Part shown: piece by piece, positions 8,423-18,690 of the stretch
Position numbering within the stretch: the first letter of the stretch is position 1
How the letters are laid out: every line of letters starts with the position of its first letter
IMG/VR virus record: IMGVR_UViG_3300011113_000660
Coordinates: 1 to 61,689 of that record
Length of the DNA: 61,689 bases
From: a virus
Lineage: Duplodnaviria > Caudoviricetes
Strand: one strand, 5' to 3'
Position numbers and translations under genes: made by a program
The notes under the pieces: model-generated
What the model was told of the DNA's origin: nothing
Seen by the model: the letters and a program-made list of their open reading frames with translations, nothing else
The model's database searches: none

Positions 8423-9262
8423 CTAGGAGGCGGCTGCGAAAAAACTTGTCATGTCCAAGGTCATGGGTTGTTCATAGGCATTCTGACATTCTGGACAAGA
8501 GATCTTCAAGGGCTGTAGTTCGGCCTGGGTCTTGAGATTCACAATGTGATCTCGCACACTGTTGAAAATCTTTCTATCACAGTTGTTCATGAGCTCGCGT
8601 ATAAATTCGGGTTCGGTGACCAAGGCCTGTGGTGTTTTGACTGCGGCTATGCTTTGGCACAGGGCCTCTATGGTCACCTGTGTGAGACGGCGCAAGGCAT
8701 CTCCAATGGCCGTGATCTTGTCAGGTTCGGGTACTTCGCTGTCGGGCAACATGCTCATGAGCTTTTGCTGATCATACTGTATTTGGTTGTTTTCGTTGAG
8801 ATTACGATAGCTCATGGGCCGGAAGTAGAATTCCAGATCGCCGTGGCGCACAGACTGATCATAGTTGGGTGAACGTATGCCATCCAGCACTGATCTAAGG
8901 TCCACGGTGAAATCGGATTCTTTGCGGCAGGCCGGGCAGGTGGTGCCCAGTTCCATTTCGTGTCCGTAGCTGGCCAAGCGTATGCCCACCAAGATGGTGT
9001 CCACATCCATGGCTGGCACTGCCCAGGCATCACGTATGTTGGGCACACAGCTCTGTATCACATTGACCATGGCCGAACCATTGAACAAGGCATCCGGTGT
9101 GCGATAGGTTATTTCGTCCACTGCGGTCATGGGCAACACTGGCAGTTCGCCATTGGCTGGCATGTCTAAGGCGCCAGCCGGATAGTGTTTGCCGGCACTG
9201 GGCAGGCGTATGTATATGGCCGGCTGACGGAAATACTGTTGTAAAGGGTTGTTTTGTGGCAT
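8423..9262 (-). CDS. 26: Baseplate hub subunit (T4 gp26-like)
   Basis: IRLPS, PMTA.DE, D.D.IL..IR.ASYG, CPAC and C-terminal CPEC...FF. Confidence 0.75.
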   Translation of the reverse strand: MPQNNPLQQYFRQPAIYIRLPSAGKHYPAGALDMPANGELPVLPMTAVDEITYRTPDALFNGSAMVNVIQSCVPNIRDAWAVPAMDVDTILVGIRLASYGHEMELGTTCPACRKESDFTVDLRSVLDGIRSPNYDQSVRHGDLEFYFRPMSYRNLNENNQIQYDQQKLMSMLPDSEVPEPDKITAIGDALRRLTQVTIEALCQSIAAVKTPQALVTEPEFIRELMNNCDRKIFNSVRDHIVNLKTQAELQPLKISCPECQNAYEQPMTLDMTSFFAAAS

Positions 9263-9274
9263 AATTATCCTCGG

Positions 9275-9280
9275 TAAATA
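9275..9280 (+). promoter_or_regulatory. T4-type late promoter core TAAATA
   Basis: 5 nt upstream of ATG 9286; no Shine-Dalgarno. Confidence 0.65.
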
Positions 9281-9285
9281 TAGTT

Positions 9286-11376
9286 ATGGCTGATTTTATG
9301 AACGAACAAGAAATTCAAGAGGCAATGAAACGCCTGGCGGAAAACTTCCAACAGGGCTACATTACTGCAGCAGAATACAACAAAGGCATGAAAGATGCCA
9401 CGGTAGGCATACGCGGTTACACAGCCAGTCTGCAGGCCAGCATGGCCCAGCTGGGCACCAGTATGAAGCAACTGGGCGCTGGCATTTACAAGAACACACA
9501 AGGTGTAGGGCAGTTTGGCGGAGCGATTGAATCTGGTGCTGACGCTGTCAGCGCCTATACCAAGAAATTTGGTCCTGCCGGTCAAGCAGTGGGCCTGTTT
9601 ACCCAGGCCTTGGCCAAATACGTAGCAGCATCGCTCAAGATGAGCGATCAGCTGTTTGACAGTTATACAAAAATCAGCAGAGCCGGTGTTGTAGGCGCCG
9701 GGGCCATGAGCGAAGTCTATGACAGTCTTCGTGATTTTGGTTATACCATGGAAGGGCTGGAAAATCTTGGAAACTTGCTGGGACGCAACAGCAAAAACTT
9801 TGGCCTGTTCTTCCAAAGTGCTTTGCAAGGATCCCGAGCTTTTGGCCAGGTGGCCAGCCAGATTCAAAACAGTGACCTACGGCAACAGTTTTTCCAACTG
9901 GGCATGAGCGTCGATGATATCAACGATGGCATAGCCGGATACGTAGCACAACAAGGAAAACTGGGACAGATCCAAGGCAAGAGTGTGGATCAACTGGCCA
10001 AAGGGTCTGAGGCCTATATCAAAGAACTAGACATACTGACCAAGCTCACTGGCATGACACGCCAAGAACAAGAAGACGCTAGAGAACAGGCTCTGCAGAT
10101 TGAAGCTTTTTATGCTGGCCTAGCCGATCTTGGTGAAGCTCAACAAGAAGAAGCCTTAAAGGCCTTTACAATGATGTATGCCAAGGGCGGACCCAAAGCC
10201 GCAGCTGAAATGGCATCACAGTTCAATGGAGTGATCACTGCAGCCTCAGACATGTTCCTGACCACAGGCGGTGCCAGCATGCAGGCCTTTAGCAAAGAAT
10301 TTTTTGCTAGAGGTGGCACAGCAGCACAATCTGCACAGATGATCAAAGACAGTATCAGTCCAGACATGGCAAAGATTACCCAGGACTTGAACAAGATGGG
10401 TGTTTCGTTGGGCCTGAACTTTAGAACCATTCAAAATCTTACCAAAGACGGCATGGTGCCTTTAGAAAAACTAGCCAAAGAACTGACTGATGAACAGTTC
10501 AAGCAACTGACTGGCATGGACAAGGCCACAGCAGCACAGGCTGGTGCACGAGACAGTCAAATCAAGACCGCACAGAACTTGCAAGATTTTGTGCGAATGG
10601 GAGTTGGCCCTGCAACCGCTGCTTTAGAAATCTTTACCCAGGCCGTAGAATATCTAACTTCCTTCATACCAGGGTTTGAAAGCAAAAAAACTGTTGCAAC
10701 CAGAGCCGAAGCAGTCCGCACAACCACTGCTTCGGCTTCGGGCACAGACACCTCGGGTTCCATGGCCGGAATTGATGTTCCTGGTGGTGCAGGCGGAGTC
10801 GGAGCTCAACTAACACCAGATGAAATGGGACTCAAAGGACTGCCTCTTAAGAAAGGTGCCACTTCGGGCGGTGAACACACAGAAGCCCTGGCTGGCTTAG
10901 CACAACGCATACACAAGGAGCTAGGAGGAGAGCTTGTGTACTTTAGCGGATTTAACGACGGCTATGCTCGAGATAAAAACAGTAAACACCCATCCGGCCA
11001 GGCATTAGATTTCACTATCAAAGATGCGGCACAGTCTGCTAGAATAGCCGAACTGGTCAGGCGCATGCCAGGAGTCGGCTATGTTCAAGACGAGTATCTA
11101 AACCCTAGCTCAAGAAGCAGCGGCAATCATATACACGCAGAAGTGTCGGCTGCCAATGGGGCTATTTTGTCTGGCCCTGCCAGTGGCTATCAGCCCAATC
11201 TGACCATGCACGGCACCGAAGCTGTGGTGCCCTTGAACACCGCTGCACAACAGGCCGCAGCCGGCATGACAGACAGTGGAACCATGGCCCTGCAACTGGG
11301 CAAGCTGGAAGAAATGGTCAGCTTGATGAAGAGTCAGCTCAGTGTCAGCACAAGAATAATGCAGTACAGTAGCTAG
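9286..11376 (+). CDS. Tape-measure/baseplate-hub-like protein with C-terminal LAS (M15-like) peptidoglycan peptidase domain
   Basis: Long Ala/Gln-rich helical region, then SKHPSGQALD (H-x6-D) and NHIH (HxH), and a HGTEAVVPL motif. Confidence 0.65.
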   Translation: MADFMNEQEIQEAMKRLAENFQQGYITAAEYNKGMKDATVGIRGYTASLQASMAQLGTSMKQLGAGIYKNTQGVGQFGGAIESGADAVSAYTKKFGPAGQAVGLFTQALAKYVAASLKMSDQLFDSYTKISRAGVVGAGAMSEVYDSLRDFGYTMEGLENLGNLLGRNSKNFGLFFQSALQGSRAFGQVASQIQNSDLRQQFFQLGMSVDDINDGIAGYVAQQGKLGQIQGKSVDQLAKGSEAYIKELDILTKLTGMTRQEQEDAREQALQIEAFYAGLADLGEAQQEEALKAFTMMYAKGGPKAAAEMASQFNGVITAASDMFLTTGGASMQAFSKEFFARGGTAAQSAQMIKDSISPDMAKITQDLNKMGVSLGLNFRTIQNLTKDGMVPLEKLAKELTDEQFKQLTGMDKATAAQAGARDSQIKTAQNLQDFVRMGVGPATAALEIFTQAVEYLTSFIPGFESKKTVATRAEAVRTTTASASGTDTSGSMAGIDVPGGAGGVGAQLTPDEMGLKGLPLKKGATSGGEHTEALAGLAQRIHKELGGELVYFSGFNDGYARDKNSKHPSGQALDFTIKDAAQSARIAELVRRMPGVGYVQDEYLNPSSRSSGNHIHAEVSAANGAILSGPASGYQPNLTMHGTEAVVPLNTAAQQAAAGMTDSGTMALQLGKLEEMVSLMKSQLSVSTRIMQYSS

Positions 11377-11383
11377 GTCGCGG

Positions 11384-11389
11384 TAAATA
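11384..11389 (+). promoter_or_regulatory. Late promoter core TAAATA
   Basis: 7 nt upstream of the portal ATG. Confidence 0.65.
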
Positions 11390-11396
11390 TACTACC

Positions 11397-13232
11397 ATGG
11401 CAGAAAATCAAAATACCCGTAAACCCGGGTGGCGCAAATATTTCAAGGTCGCCAACACCGGCGGTCAACTGAGCCCCATAAGCGGGCAAAATCAGTTTGG
11501 ATTGCCCAACTATCCTAGACAAACCGGAGCCGGCTACGAAAACGGTGGCACCGGCAATGACTTTGCGTTTCGCAACTATGCGTCACGCTTGCCAGAAGTG
11601 TACTCGGGCCATCCCAACCGTATTGAACGCTACAATCAGTATGAAAACATGGACTGCGATTCAGAAGTCAATGCTTGCCTGGACATCATCGCTGAGTTCA
11701 GCACACAGATGAATCAGGACAATGAAACTCCATTTGACATTGCCTTTACCGACAAGCCCACAGACAACGAAGTAGAAATCATCAAAAAGCAGTTGCAACA
11801 GTGGTGCAAGCTCAACAAGATGGACCAGCGCATATTCAAGCTGTTCCGCAATACTATCAAGTACGGTGACCAGGTGTTTGTGCGTGACCCAGAAACTTTT
11901 GAAATGTACTGGGTGGACATGGTCAAAGTGGCACGTGTGATCGTCAACGAAAGCGAAGGCAAGCGTCCCGAGCAGTACATCATCAGAGACATCAACCCCA
12001 ACTTCCAGAACATGAGCGTGGCACAAAAGACCACACAGGACTACTATGTGAGCCGTGCCACTGGCAGCATTGGACAAAACAACTACACAGCACCCAACGG
12101 TGGTGGCTATGGCGGTGCCGGCGGTTCGGGTCAGAGCCGATTCACCCAGGCCATGAACGAAACCTGCATCGATGCCCGACACGTGGTGCATCTCAGCTTG
12201 AATGAAGGACTCGATTACTTCTGGCCGTTTGGACAAAGCATACTGGAAAACATTTTCAAAGTTTACAAACAAAAAGAATTGCTGGAAGACTCAGTCCTGA
12301 TCTATCGTGTGCAACGTGCTCCTGAGCGCCGAGTGTTCAAGATTGACGTGGGCGACATGCCCAGCCACATGGCCATGCAGTTTGTGGAACGTGTCAAAAA
12401 CGAAATGCACCAACGGCGCATACCCACCATCACCGGTGGTGGTGCCAACATGATGGATGCCAGCTACAACCCGCTCAGTATCAACGAAGACTTTTTCTTC
12501 CCGTTCAACGGATCTAGTGGCCGCGGCAGCAGTGTGGATACCCTGGCTGGTGGTACCAATCTGGGCGAGATTGACGATTTAAAATATTTCAACAACAAAA
12601 TGGCCCGCGGCTTGCGTGTGCCCTCCAGCTATTTGCCCACCGGGCCCGATGACAGCAACTTGGCCATGAACGATGGACGTGTGGGCACAGCACTCATACA
12701 AGAATACAGATTCAACCAGTACTGCATGCGCCTGCAACGTGCAATCATGCAAAAGTTGGATGACGAATTCAAGATGTTCCTGCGTTGGAGAGGTTTCAAC
12801 ATTGATGCAGGACTTTTCAGCATCGCATTCTGTGAACCACAGAATTTTGCCTCATATCGCCAAAGCGAGCTGGACACCACACGCATAGCTGCCTTTACAC
12901 AGCTGGAGCAGATGCCCTACATGAGCAAGCGATTCATGATGAAACGCTACCTGGGACTAACCGAAGAAGAGATCGTGGAAAACGAACAACTCTGGCGTGA
13001 AGAGCGAGACGAACCCGAGTTAACCACCACACAAGGACAGGATCTGCGCAGCATCGGCGTCACACCTGCAGGTTTAGAAAGTGACATAGCCATGGGCCAA
13101 GAACTGGCCGGAGCCGAAATGGGCGCCGAAGCCGGTGCGCCGCAGGCTGGAGCAGTGCCCACATCCACAGCACCTGCCGGAGCCGGAGCTCCTGCTGCTG
13201 GTGGAGCACCAGCTGGCGTGCCAGGTCTTTAA
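11397..13232 (+). CDS. 20: Portal protein (T4 gp20)
   Basis: LEDSVLIYRVQRAPERRVFKIDVG, EDFFFP, GSSVDTLAGG, LGEIDDLKYF and LRVPSS motifs. Confidence 0.97.
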   Translation: MAENQNTRKPGWRKYFKVANTGGQLSPISGQNQFGLPNYPRQTGAGYENGGTGNDFAFRNYASRLPEVYSGHPNRIERYNQYENMDCDSEVNACLDIIAEFSTQMNQDNETPFDIAFTDKPTDNEVEIIKKQLQQWCKLNKMDQRIFKLFRNTIKYGDQVFVRDPETFEMYWVDMVKVARVIVNESEGKRPEQYIIRDINPNFQNMSVAQKTTQDYYVSRATGSIGQNNYTAPNGGGYGGAGGSGQSRFTQAMNETCIDARHVVHLSLNEGLDYFWPFGQSILENIFKVYKQKELLEDSVLIYRVQRAPERRVFKIDVGDMPSHMAMQFVERVKNEMHQRRIPTITGGGANMMDASYNPLSINEDFFFPFNGSSGRGSSVDTLAGGTNLGEIDDLKYFNNKMARGLRVPSSYLPTGPDDSNLAMNDGRVGTALIQEYRFNQYCMRLQRAIMQKLDDEFKMFLRWRGFNIDAGLFSIAFCEPQNFASYRQSELDTTRIAAFTQLEQMPYMSKRFMMKRYLGLTEEEIVENEQLWREERDEPELTTTQGQDLRSIGVTPAGLESDIAMGQELAGAEMGAEAGAPQAGAVPTSTAPAGAGAPAAGGAPAGVPGL

Positions 13233-13238
13233 TAAATA
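13233..13238 (+). promoter_or_regulatory. Late promoter core TAAATA
   Basis: 5 nt upstream of ATG 13244. Confidence 0.6.
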
Positions 13239-13243
13239 CTGGC

Positions 13244-13465
13244 ATGATACTCAACGAAATCTACGAGCGTAGTGCTGAAGCCTATCAGGATGTCAGCCAG
13301 GACAACAGCCAACCCAGGCTGGGCAATCTGCGCAAGACACGCCTGACCCTGCGCCAGCTCAACAAACTGCGCCAGATGAACGACGTAAGAACCTACGAAT
13401 ACAAAGAAAAACTCAAGCAAGTCAAGAAGCAATACGCACCACCGGCTGCCCCGCCAGCACTGTAA
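13244..13465 (+). CDS. Small basic head-region protein
   Basis: 73 aa between portal and core genes, with its own TAAATA; N-terminus MILNEIYE. Confidence 0.7.
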   Translation: MILNEIYERSAEAYQDVSQDNSQPRLGNLRKTRLTLRQLNKLRQMNDVRTYEYKEKLKQVKKQYAPPAAPPAL

Positions 13466-13525
13466 CAAAACAGTCAAAAACACCCAGTTTTCTACCTTAA
13501 AACTACCAATATTATTCGTTGATAG

Positions 13526-13531
13526 TAAATA
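13526..13531 (+). promoter_or_regulatory. Late promoter core TAAATA for the head operon
   Basis: Upstream of AAGGAG SD and ATG 13564. Confidence 0.6.
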
Positions 13532-13563
13532 TCTAACGAGCCATAACCTACGAAGGAGATAAT

Positions 13564-14439
13564 ATGACATCGAAATTTGAACAGTTGATCGAATACGTGA
13601 TCAACGACGAAGAGGCGAAAGCCAAAGAACTTTTCCACGACATCGTGGTAGAAAAGTCACGTGAAATCTACGAAAACCTCATGAGTGAGGAAGAGTTAGA
13701 CGAAGCCGAGTCCACAGACAAAGAAGACGAAAAAGCTGAAAAAGCCGGCGAAAAAGTCACCAAGGACATCGAATACGACGACAAAAAAGATCGTAAAGAG
13801 CGCATGGATGAGGAAGAAGACGAAGAGATGGACGAGTCTGTCATGGACGAAACCATGATGTCCGACGACGAAGAACTCATGAACGACGTTGAAGCTGAAG
13901 AACAGGGCATGGAAATGTCCGAAGCCGAAGGCGAAGAAGGTCTTGAAGATCGCGTGGTCGATTTAGAAGACAAGCTGGACGAACTCATGGCTGAGTTTGA
14001 AGCTCTCATGGGCGACGACGGTGACAAAGCTGTTGGCGACGAAATGGGCGGTGACGACTTAGAAATGGACGACACAGAAACAGCCGAGTTTGACATGGAC
14101 GGTGAAGAAGAAGAAGAAGAGTCCGATTCAGAAGAAATTGAAATGGGCATGATGGAAGCTATTAATCTAGCCAAAGCTCCTGCTCCTGTAACTAGCGAAC
14201 CTGCTGGCACAAACACCAAAAGCACAGTAACAGCCAACAGTGGTGCCAAAGGTGCCATGGCTCATCCTGTAAAAATGACAGGTGACACAGCAGAAGGTCG
14301 CCCGGCTCCCAAAGCTGGTGAGTTGATCGGCAAAGTGCAAAACAGCGTAGGCGGCGACAAGAAGTTGAGCCCAGCTACCAAGCCACACCTTGCACAAGCC
14401 ACTGGTGTAAACACAAAAACTCCATTTCCTAAGGCTTAA
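13564..14439 (+). CDS. Highly acidic prohead core/scaffold-like protein (position of T4 gp67/gp68)
   Basis: Asp/Glu-rich, many [LIVM]-x-E sites, located between portal and protease. Confidence 0.6.
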   Translation: MTSKFEQLIEYVINDEEAKAKELFHDIVVEKSREIYENLMSEEELDEAESTDKEDEKAEKAGEKVTKDIEYDDKKDRKERMDEEEDEEMDESVMDETMMSDDEELMNDVEAEEQGMEMSEAEGEEGLEDRVVDLEDKLDELMAEFEALMGDDGDKAVGDEMGGDDLEMDDTETAEFDMDGEEEEEESDSEEIEMGMMEAINLAKAPAPVTSEPAGTNTKSTVTANSGAKGAMAHPVKMTGDTAEGRPAPKAGELIGKVQNSVGGDKKLSPATKPHLAQATGVNTKTPFPKA

Positions 14440-14448
14440 TAGTTAGAT

Positions 14449-15096
14449 ATGGCTCGCTATCTAAGAGAACATCTAAGCTTCACTCAGGCAAGAGCAGAAA
14501 TCTTGTCTGAGGAAGCCGCGGATGGATCCGGCAAGAACCTGTACCTCAAAGGCATTTGCATTGAGGGCGGTGTTCGTAACGCCAACGAACGAGTATATCC
14601 TGTCAACGAAATAGCCAAAGCAGTAGACACCATCAACGAACAGATCAAGACTGGTCACAGTGTCCTAGGCGAAGTAGATCATCCTGAAGACTTGAAGATC
14701 AACCTGGATCGTGTGAGTCACATGATTGAAAAAATGTGGATGGACGGTCCTGCTGGATATGGAAAATTAAAGATATTACCCACACCCATGGGCGAGCTGG
14801 TCAAAACCATGCTCACCAGCGGTGTGAAATTAGGTGTTAGCAGTCGTGGCAGCGGTAACGTCAACGACGCCAACGGACATGTCAGTGACTTTGAAATTGT
14901 CACTGTAGATGTGGTTGCTCAGCCCAGCGCCCCCAACGCATATCCCACAGCAATCTACGAAGGCCTGTTAAATCATGCCGGCGGAGCTAGACTGTTGGAA
15001 ATGTTCAAGGACCCAGCCAAAAGCAACAAAGCACAGAGATACGTCAAAGGCGAAGTAATGCGCTTGATACGTGGTCTCAAGATACAGGAGAAATAA
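14449..15096 (+). CDS. 21: Prohead protease (T4 gp21)
   Basis: N.N.RVYP, LGEVDHP, LGVSSRGSG and DVVAQPSAP. Confidence 0.97.
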   Translation: MARYLREHLSFTQARAEILSEEAADGSGKNLYLKGICIEGGVRNANERVYPVNEIAKAVDTINEQIKTGHSVLGEVDHPEDLKINLDRVSHMIEKMWMDGPAGYGKLKILPTPMGELVKTMLTSGVKLGVSSRGSGNVNDANGHVSDFEIVTVDVVAQPSAPNAYPTAIYEGLLNHAGGARLLEMFKDPAKSNKAQRYVKGEVMRLIRGLKIQEK

Positions 15097-15098
15097 GC

Positions 15099-16199
15099 AT
15101 GTTAGATGCTATTAAACCGTTACTAGATAGCGAACTGTTAAGCGAAGAAGCTCAGCAAGAAATTTCTGAGGCTTGGGAAACCAAGTTAAACGAAGCCCGC
15201 GAAACAGTGCGTGCAGAACTCCGCGAAGAGTTTGCACAACGCTATGAGCATGACAAAACAGTGATGGTGGAAGCCCTGGATCGTATGGTAACAGAAGGTT
15301 TAGCCGCAGAACTTCAAGCAGTTCAAGCTGAAAAGCAACAACTGGCCGAAGATCGCGTCAAGTTCCAAGCCCGGATCAAAGAAGATGCTACTAAGTTTAA
15401 CAACTTCATGATCACCAAACTGGCCGAAGAAATTGGCGAACTGCGCAAAGACCGCAAGACACACAACGATGGAATGGAAAAGTTAGAATCATTCGTCGTT
15501 CATGCGCTTGCACGCGAGATTCAAGAATTTGCAGAAGACAAACAAGATGTGGTCAACACAAAAGTTCGTCTGGTTCGTGAAGCTCGTGCCAAATTGGAAC
15601 AGCTCAAAGGTCGATTTGTTGCAGAATCTGCCAAGAAAATGTCCAATGCTGTTAGCACACACCTCAAGGCTGAACTCAGTCAGTTGCAAGAAGACATCAA
15701 AGTTGCTCGCGAGAACAATTTTGGTCGTCGTATTTTTGAAGCATACGCAACAGAATTTGGCGCGACTCATCTCAATGAGAAAGCGGAAGTTCGCAAGTTG
15801 CACGATGTCATTGCTGCCAAAGATGCAAAACTGGCCGAAGCCATCCAGTTCACCGAGAAAGCACGAGTTCTCGTTGAATCAAAAGAACGCGAAATACGCA
15901 TGATCAAAGAATCCAATGAGCGTGAAGCCACCATGGATGATTTGTTGCGCCCTCTCAACACAGAGAAGCGTGAAGTAATGCGTAATTTGTTGGAAAGCGT
16001 ACAGACCACACGTCTGAAAAATGCTTTCGAAAAGTATCTACCAGCTGTACTCGAAGACCGTTCCGTGAAAGCCAAATCAGTGATCACAGAAACAGTATCG
16101 GTTGCAACCGGTGATAAATCTGCCCGCAGTCCAGATGCAGATCAACTAGCTGAGGAAACCAGCAACGTGATCGATCTCAAGCGTTTGGCAGGGCTGTAA
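15099..16199 (+). CDS. 22: Prohead core scaffolding protein (T4 gp22)
   Basis: Coiled-coil, Glu-rich, between protease and major capsid genes. Confidence 0.85.
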   Translation: MLDAIKPLLDSELLSEEAQQEISEAWETKLNEARETVRAELREEFAQRYEHDKTVMVEALDRMVTEGLAAELQAVQAEKQQLAEDRVKFQARIKEDATKFNNFMITKLAEEIGELRKDRKTHNDGMEKLESFVVHALAREIQEFAEDKQDVVNTKVRLVREARAKLEQLKGRFVAESAKKMSNAVSTHLKAELSQLQEDIKVARENNFGRRIFEAYATEFGATHLNEKAEVRKLHDVIAAKDAKLAEAIQFTEKARVLVESKEREIRMIKESNEREATMDDLLRPLNTEKREVMRNLLESVQTTRLKNAFEKYLPAVLEDRSVKAKSVITETVSVATGDKSARSPDADQLAEETSNVIDLKRLAGL

Positions 16200-16226
16200 T
16201 CCAAGACATAATAAAAGGAGACTTAA

Positions 16227-17423
16227 ATGTCACAAGAATTATTAGAAGGTCGTTGGGACGAAACCAGAGAAGCACTCTTGGAAGGTTTATCCGGCTCCAA
16301 GCGCAATTCGATGGCAGTAATCCTCGAAAACACCAAGAAGTACTTGCGTGAAAATGCAAGTTCAGGTTCTACAGTTTCTGGTAACATCGCTACATTAAAC
16401 CGTGTGATTCTGCCAGTGATTCGACGTGTCATGCCAACAGTTATTGCTAACGAGTTGGTCGGCGTTCAGCCAATGACAGGTCCAGTAGGCCAAATCCATA
16501 CGTTGCGTGTGCGTTATGCTCAGTCCTTGACTGACACATCCACAGCTGCAACAAGCGTAGTAGCTGGCCAAGAAGCTTTGAGCCCATTTACTATTGCTAC
16601 AGCATACTCCACAGTGCCAGCAGGCACAACTTCCACAAATGCTTACACAGGCGGTAACACAAGCACAATGGAAGGTACAGGTGGTAAGCAGATTTCTGTT
16701 CAGATCTTGAAGCAAGCTGTTGAAGCTAAGACACGCAAGTTACAAGCTCGTTGGACATTTGAATCTGCACAAGATGCACAAGCTATGCATGGTATCGACG
16801 TAGAAGCTGAAATCATGGCTGCTCTTGCACAAGAGATCACAGCTGAGATTGATCAAGAGATTTTGTTATCCTTGAGCACCCTGGCTGCTACAGAATACAC
16901 ATACAACCAAGCTACAGTATCTGGTACAGCAACATTCGTTGGTGATGAGCATGCCGCTTTAGCAGTGTTGATCAACCGCGTTGCTAACTTGATCGCTCAG
17001 CGTACACGTCGTGGCGCTGGTAACTGGGCAGTTGTAAGTCCTGCAAGTTTGACAGTGTTGCAATCTGCAACAACATCAGCTTTTGCTCGCACAACAGAAG
17101 GCACATTTGAAGCACCTACAAACACCAAGTTTGTTGGTACACTCAATGGCGCAATGCGTGTGTTTGTAAACAGCTATGCTGCTGACACAGCTTCTGTGTT
17201 GGTAGGTTATAAAGGCACAAGCGAGGCAGATGCTGCCGCGTTCTATTGCCCATATATTCCTTTAATGAGCAGCGGTGTTGTTCTTGATCCAACAACATTC
17301 GAACCAGTCGTATCATTCATGACACGTTATGGCTTCGTTGAGTTGACCAACACAGCATCCAGCTTCGGCAACGCAGCTGACTATGTTGGCGAGATCGCAG
17401 TTCAAAACTTGTCATTCTCTTAA
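16227..17423 (+). CDS. 23: Major capsid protein (T4 gp23)
   Basis: GVQPMTGPVG, AKTRKLQARWT.E.AQD...HG.D.EAE, FYCPYIPL and FMTRYG. Confidence 0.98.
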   Translation: MSQELLEGRWDETREALLEGLSGSKRNSMAVILENTKKYLRENASSGSTVSGNIATLNRVILPVIRRVMPTVIANELVGVQPMTGPVGQIHTLRVRYAQSLTDTSTAATSVVAGQEALSPFTIATAYSTVPAGTTSTNAYTGGNTSTMEGTGGKQISVQILKQAVEAKTRKLQARWTFESAQDAQAMHGIDVEAEIMAALAQEITAEIDQEILLSLSTLAATEYTYNQATVSGTATFVGDEHAALAVLINRVANLIAQRTRRGAGNWAVVSPASLTVLQSATTSAFARTTEGTFEAPTNTKFVGTLNGAMRVFVNSYAADTASVLVGYKGTSEADAAAFYCPYIPLMSSGVVLDPTTFEPVVSFMTRYGFVELTNTASSFGNAADYVGEIAVQNLSFS

Positions 17424-17459
17424 TCAGAGAAGAAACAAACTACCCAGGGATGGGAAGGC

Positions 17460-17487
17460 AAAAAAAGCACCGCAAGGTGCTTTTTTT
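17460..17487. terminator. Bidirectional intrinsic terminator after gp23
   Basis: A7-GCACC-GCAA-GGTGC-T7 between convergent genes. Confidence 0.9.
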
Positions 17488-17492
17488 GTTGG

Positions 17493-18641
17493 CTAAATTT
17501 TAAACCAGGAAAGGTATTGATGTATGCGATCTACAACTGTGTCCCAATCACCTAATTTTGGCTGACGGAACAATCGGGCTGACGGATACCAAGGACTTGA
17601 TTCGCGTGTCAGCAACCAGCGCCAGTCGGTGCCATACCAGTTGAGTGGTATCCAGGTGGGTCTTCCAAGAGCTCCTGCCAAGTGTGCCACAGCAGTATCT
17701 ACTGTGATCACAACGTCCAGGTGATGTATCAAGGCCGCTGAATCAGCAAAATTCTTTATTAGGCCAGGAAAATGTTGTACCCTGTTTTGGATCAAAGTTT
17801 GGGCTTGTTCATCTGAGCATTCTACCTGCAGGTTGATCCACTCATAGCCGGGGTTGCGTTTTATTAAATCCAGCATGACTTCAAACGGCATGCCCTTGTG
17901 GCGATTTATCCACGAGTCAGGACGACCCGACCAGCAAATGCCCACACGCAGGCGTTTTTTAAATCCCAGCCGTTCTTGCCATTCACGTGCCAGATCTGTT
18001 CTTGCGGCCAGATACTGCAATTGATGCGGCAGATTGTCCAAGGTCACACCTTGCACTCCAGGTATGCTCATTATGGGAGTCCAGTAGTCAAAGCCCGCTG
18101 GCGTGTCTTTGACATCAATGAGTTGGTGGATCACAGGACTGCCTGCAAACAAGGGCGCCAAGTTGTCGTTGACCTGCAGGATCACTCGGGCTCCGGCACT
18201 ATGCAGGCCAAAAACAAATCGCACAAACTGTATGGTGTCGCCCAGACCCTGTTCCTGTATGACCAGGATGGTTTTGTCTCGGAGATCTTGACCAGTCCAG
18301 CGTGGCTGACTGTGACCGGGCAAGGTGCCGGCCAAGTGTTCAAAGTTCCAGCGATGTTCGTACTGTGGCCAACCACGAGCATAATCACCGCTCAACAGAT
18401 AGGCCACGGCCAAGTTGAAGTTGGGTGTGGTTGCTGTGGGTGCCAACTGCACGCTTCTCTGCAAGAAAGGTATGGCCGCTTCGGGCTCGCCCATTTCTCT
18501 CAGCACATTGCCATAGTTGTTGAAGGCCGACGCCGAGTTTCTATCTTGTGTCAGTGCCTGGGCATAGTGCTTGAGTGCACCTTCGGGGTCGTTGCATTCA
18601 CGGGCGGCATTGCCGGCTTCAATCAATTGTTCTGTGTTCAT
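17493..18641 (-). CDS. TPR-repeat glycosyltransferase (GT9/heptosyltransferase-like C-terminus)
   Basis: N-terminal TPRs (AFNNYGNVL, FNLAVAYL); EQGLGDTIQF, DVVITVDTAVAHLAGALG, DWRW and WYPSARLFRQ. Start placed at ATG 18641 behind a TAAATA box. Confidence 0.88.
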   Translation of the reverse strand: MNTEQLIEAGNAARECNDPEGALKHYAQALTQDRNSASAFNNYGNVLREMGEPEAAIPFLQRSVQLAPTATTPNFNLAVAYLLSGDYARGWPQYEHRWNFEHLAGTLPGHSQPRWTGQDLRDKTILVIQEQGLGDTIQFVRFVFGLHSAGARVILQVNDNLAPLFAGSPVIHQLIDVKDTPAGFDYWTPIMSIPGVQGVTLDNLPHQLQYLAARTDLAREWQERLGFKKRLRVGICWSGRPDSWINRHKGMPFEVMLDLIKRNPGYEWINLQVECSDEQAQTLIQNRVQHFPGLIKNFADSAALIHHLDVVITVDTAVAHLAGALGRPTWIPLNWYGTDWRWLLTRESSPWYPSARLFRQPKLGDWDTVVDRIHQYLSWFKI

Positions 18642-18646
18642 GGCAA

Positions 18647-18652
18647 TATTTA
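18647..18652 (-). promoter_or_regulatory. Late promoter core TAAATA (minus strand)
   Basis: 5 nt upstream of ATG 18641. Confidence 0.6.
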
Positions 18653-18690
18653 AGAATACCTGTGCTAGAGCATATTTTTTGTTGCGACCA

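Noticed and set aside
13668-14258. Ser-rich antisense ORF
   Set aside because: It is the shadow of GAA/GAC-rich codons in the acidic core protein.
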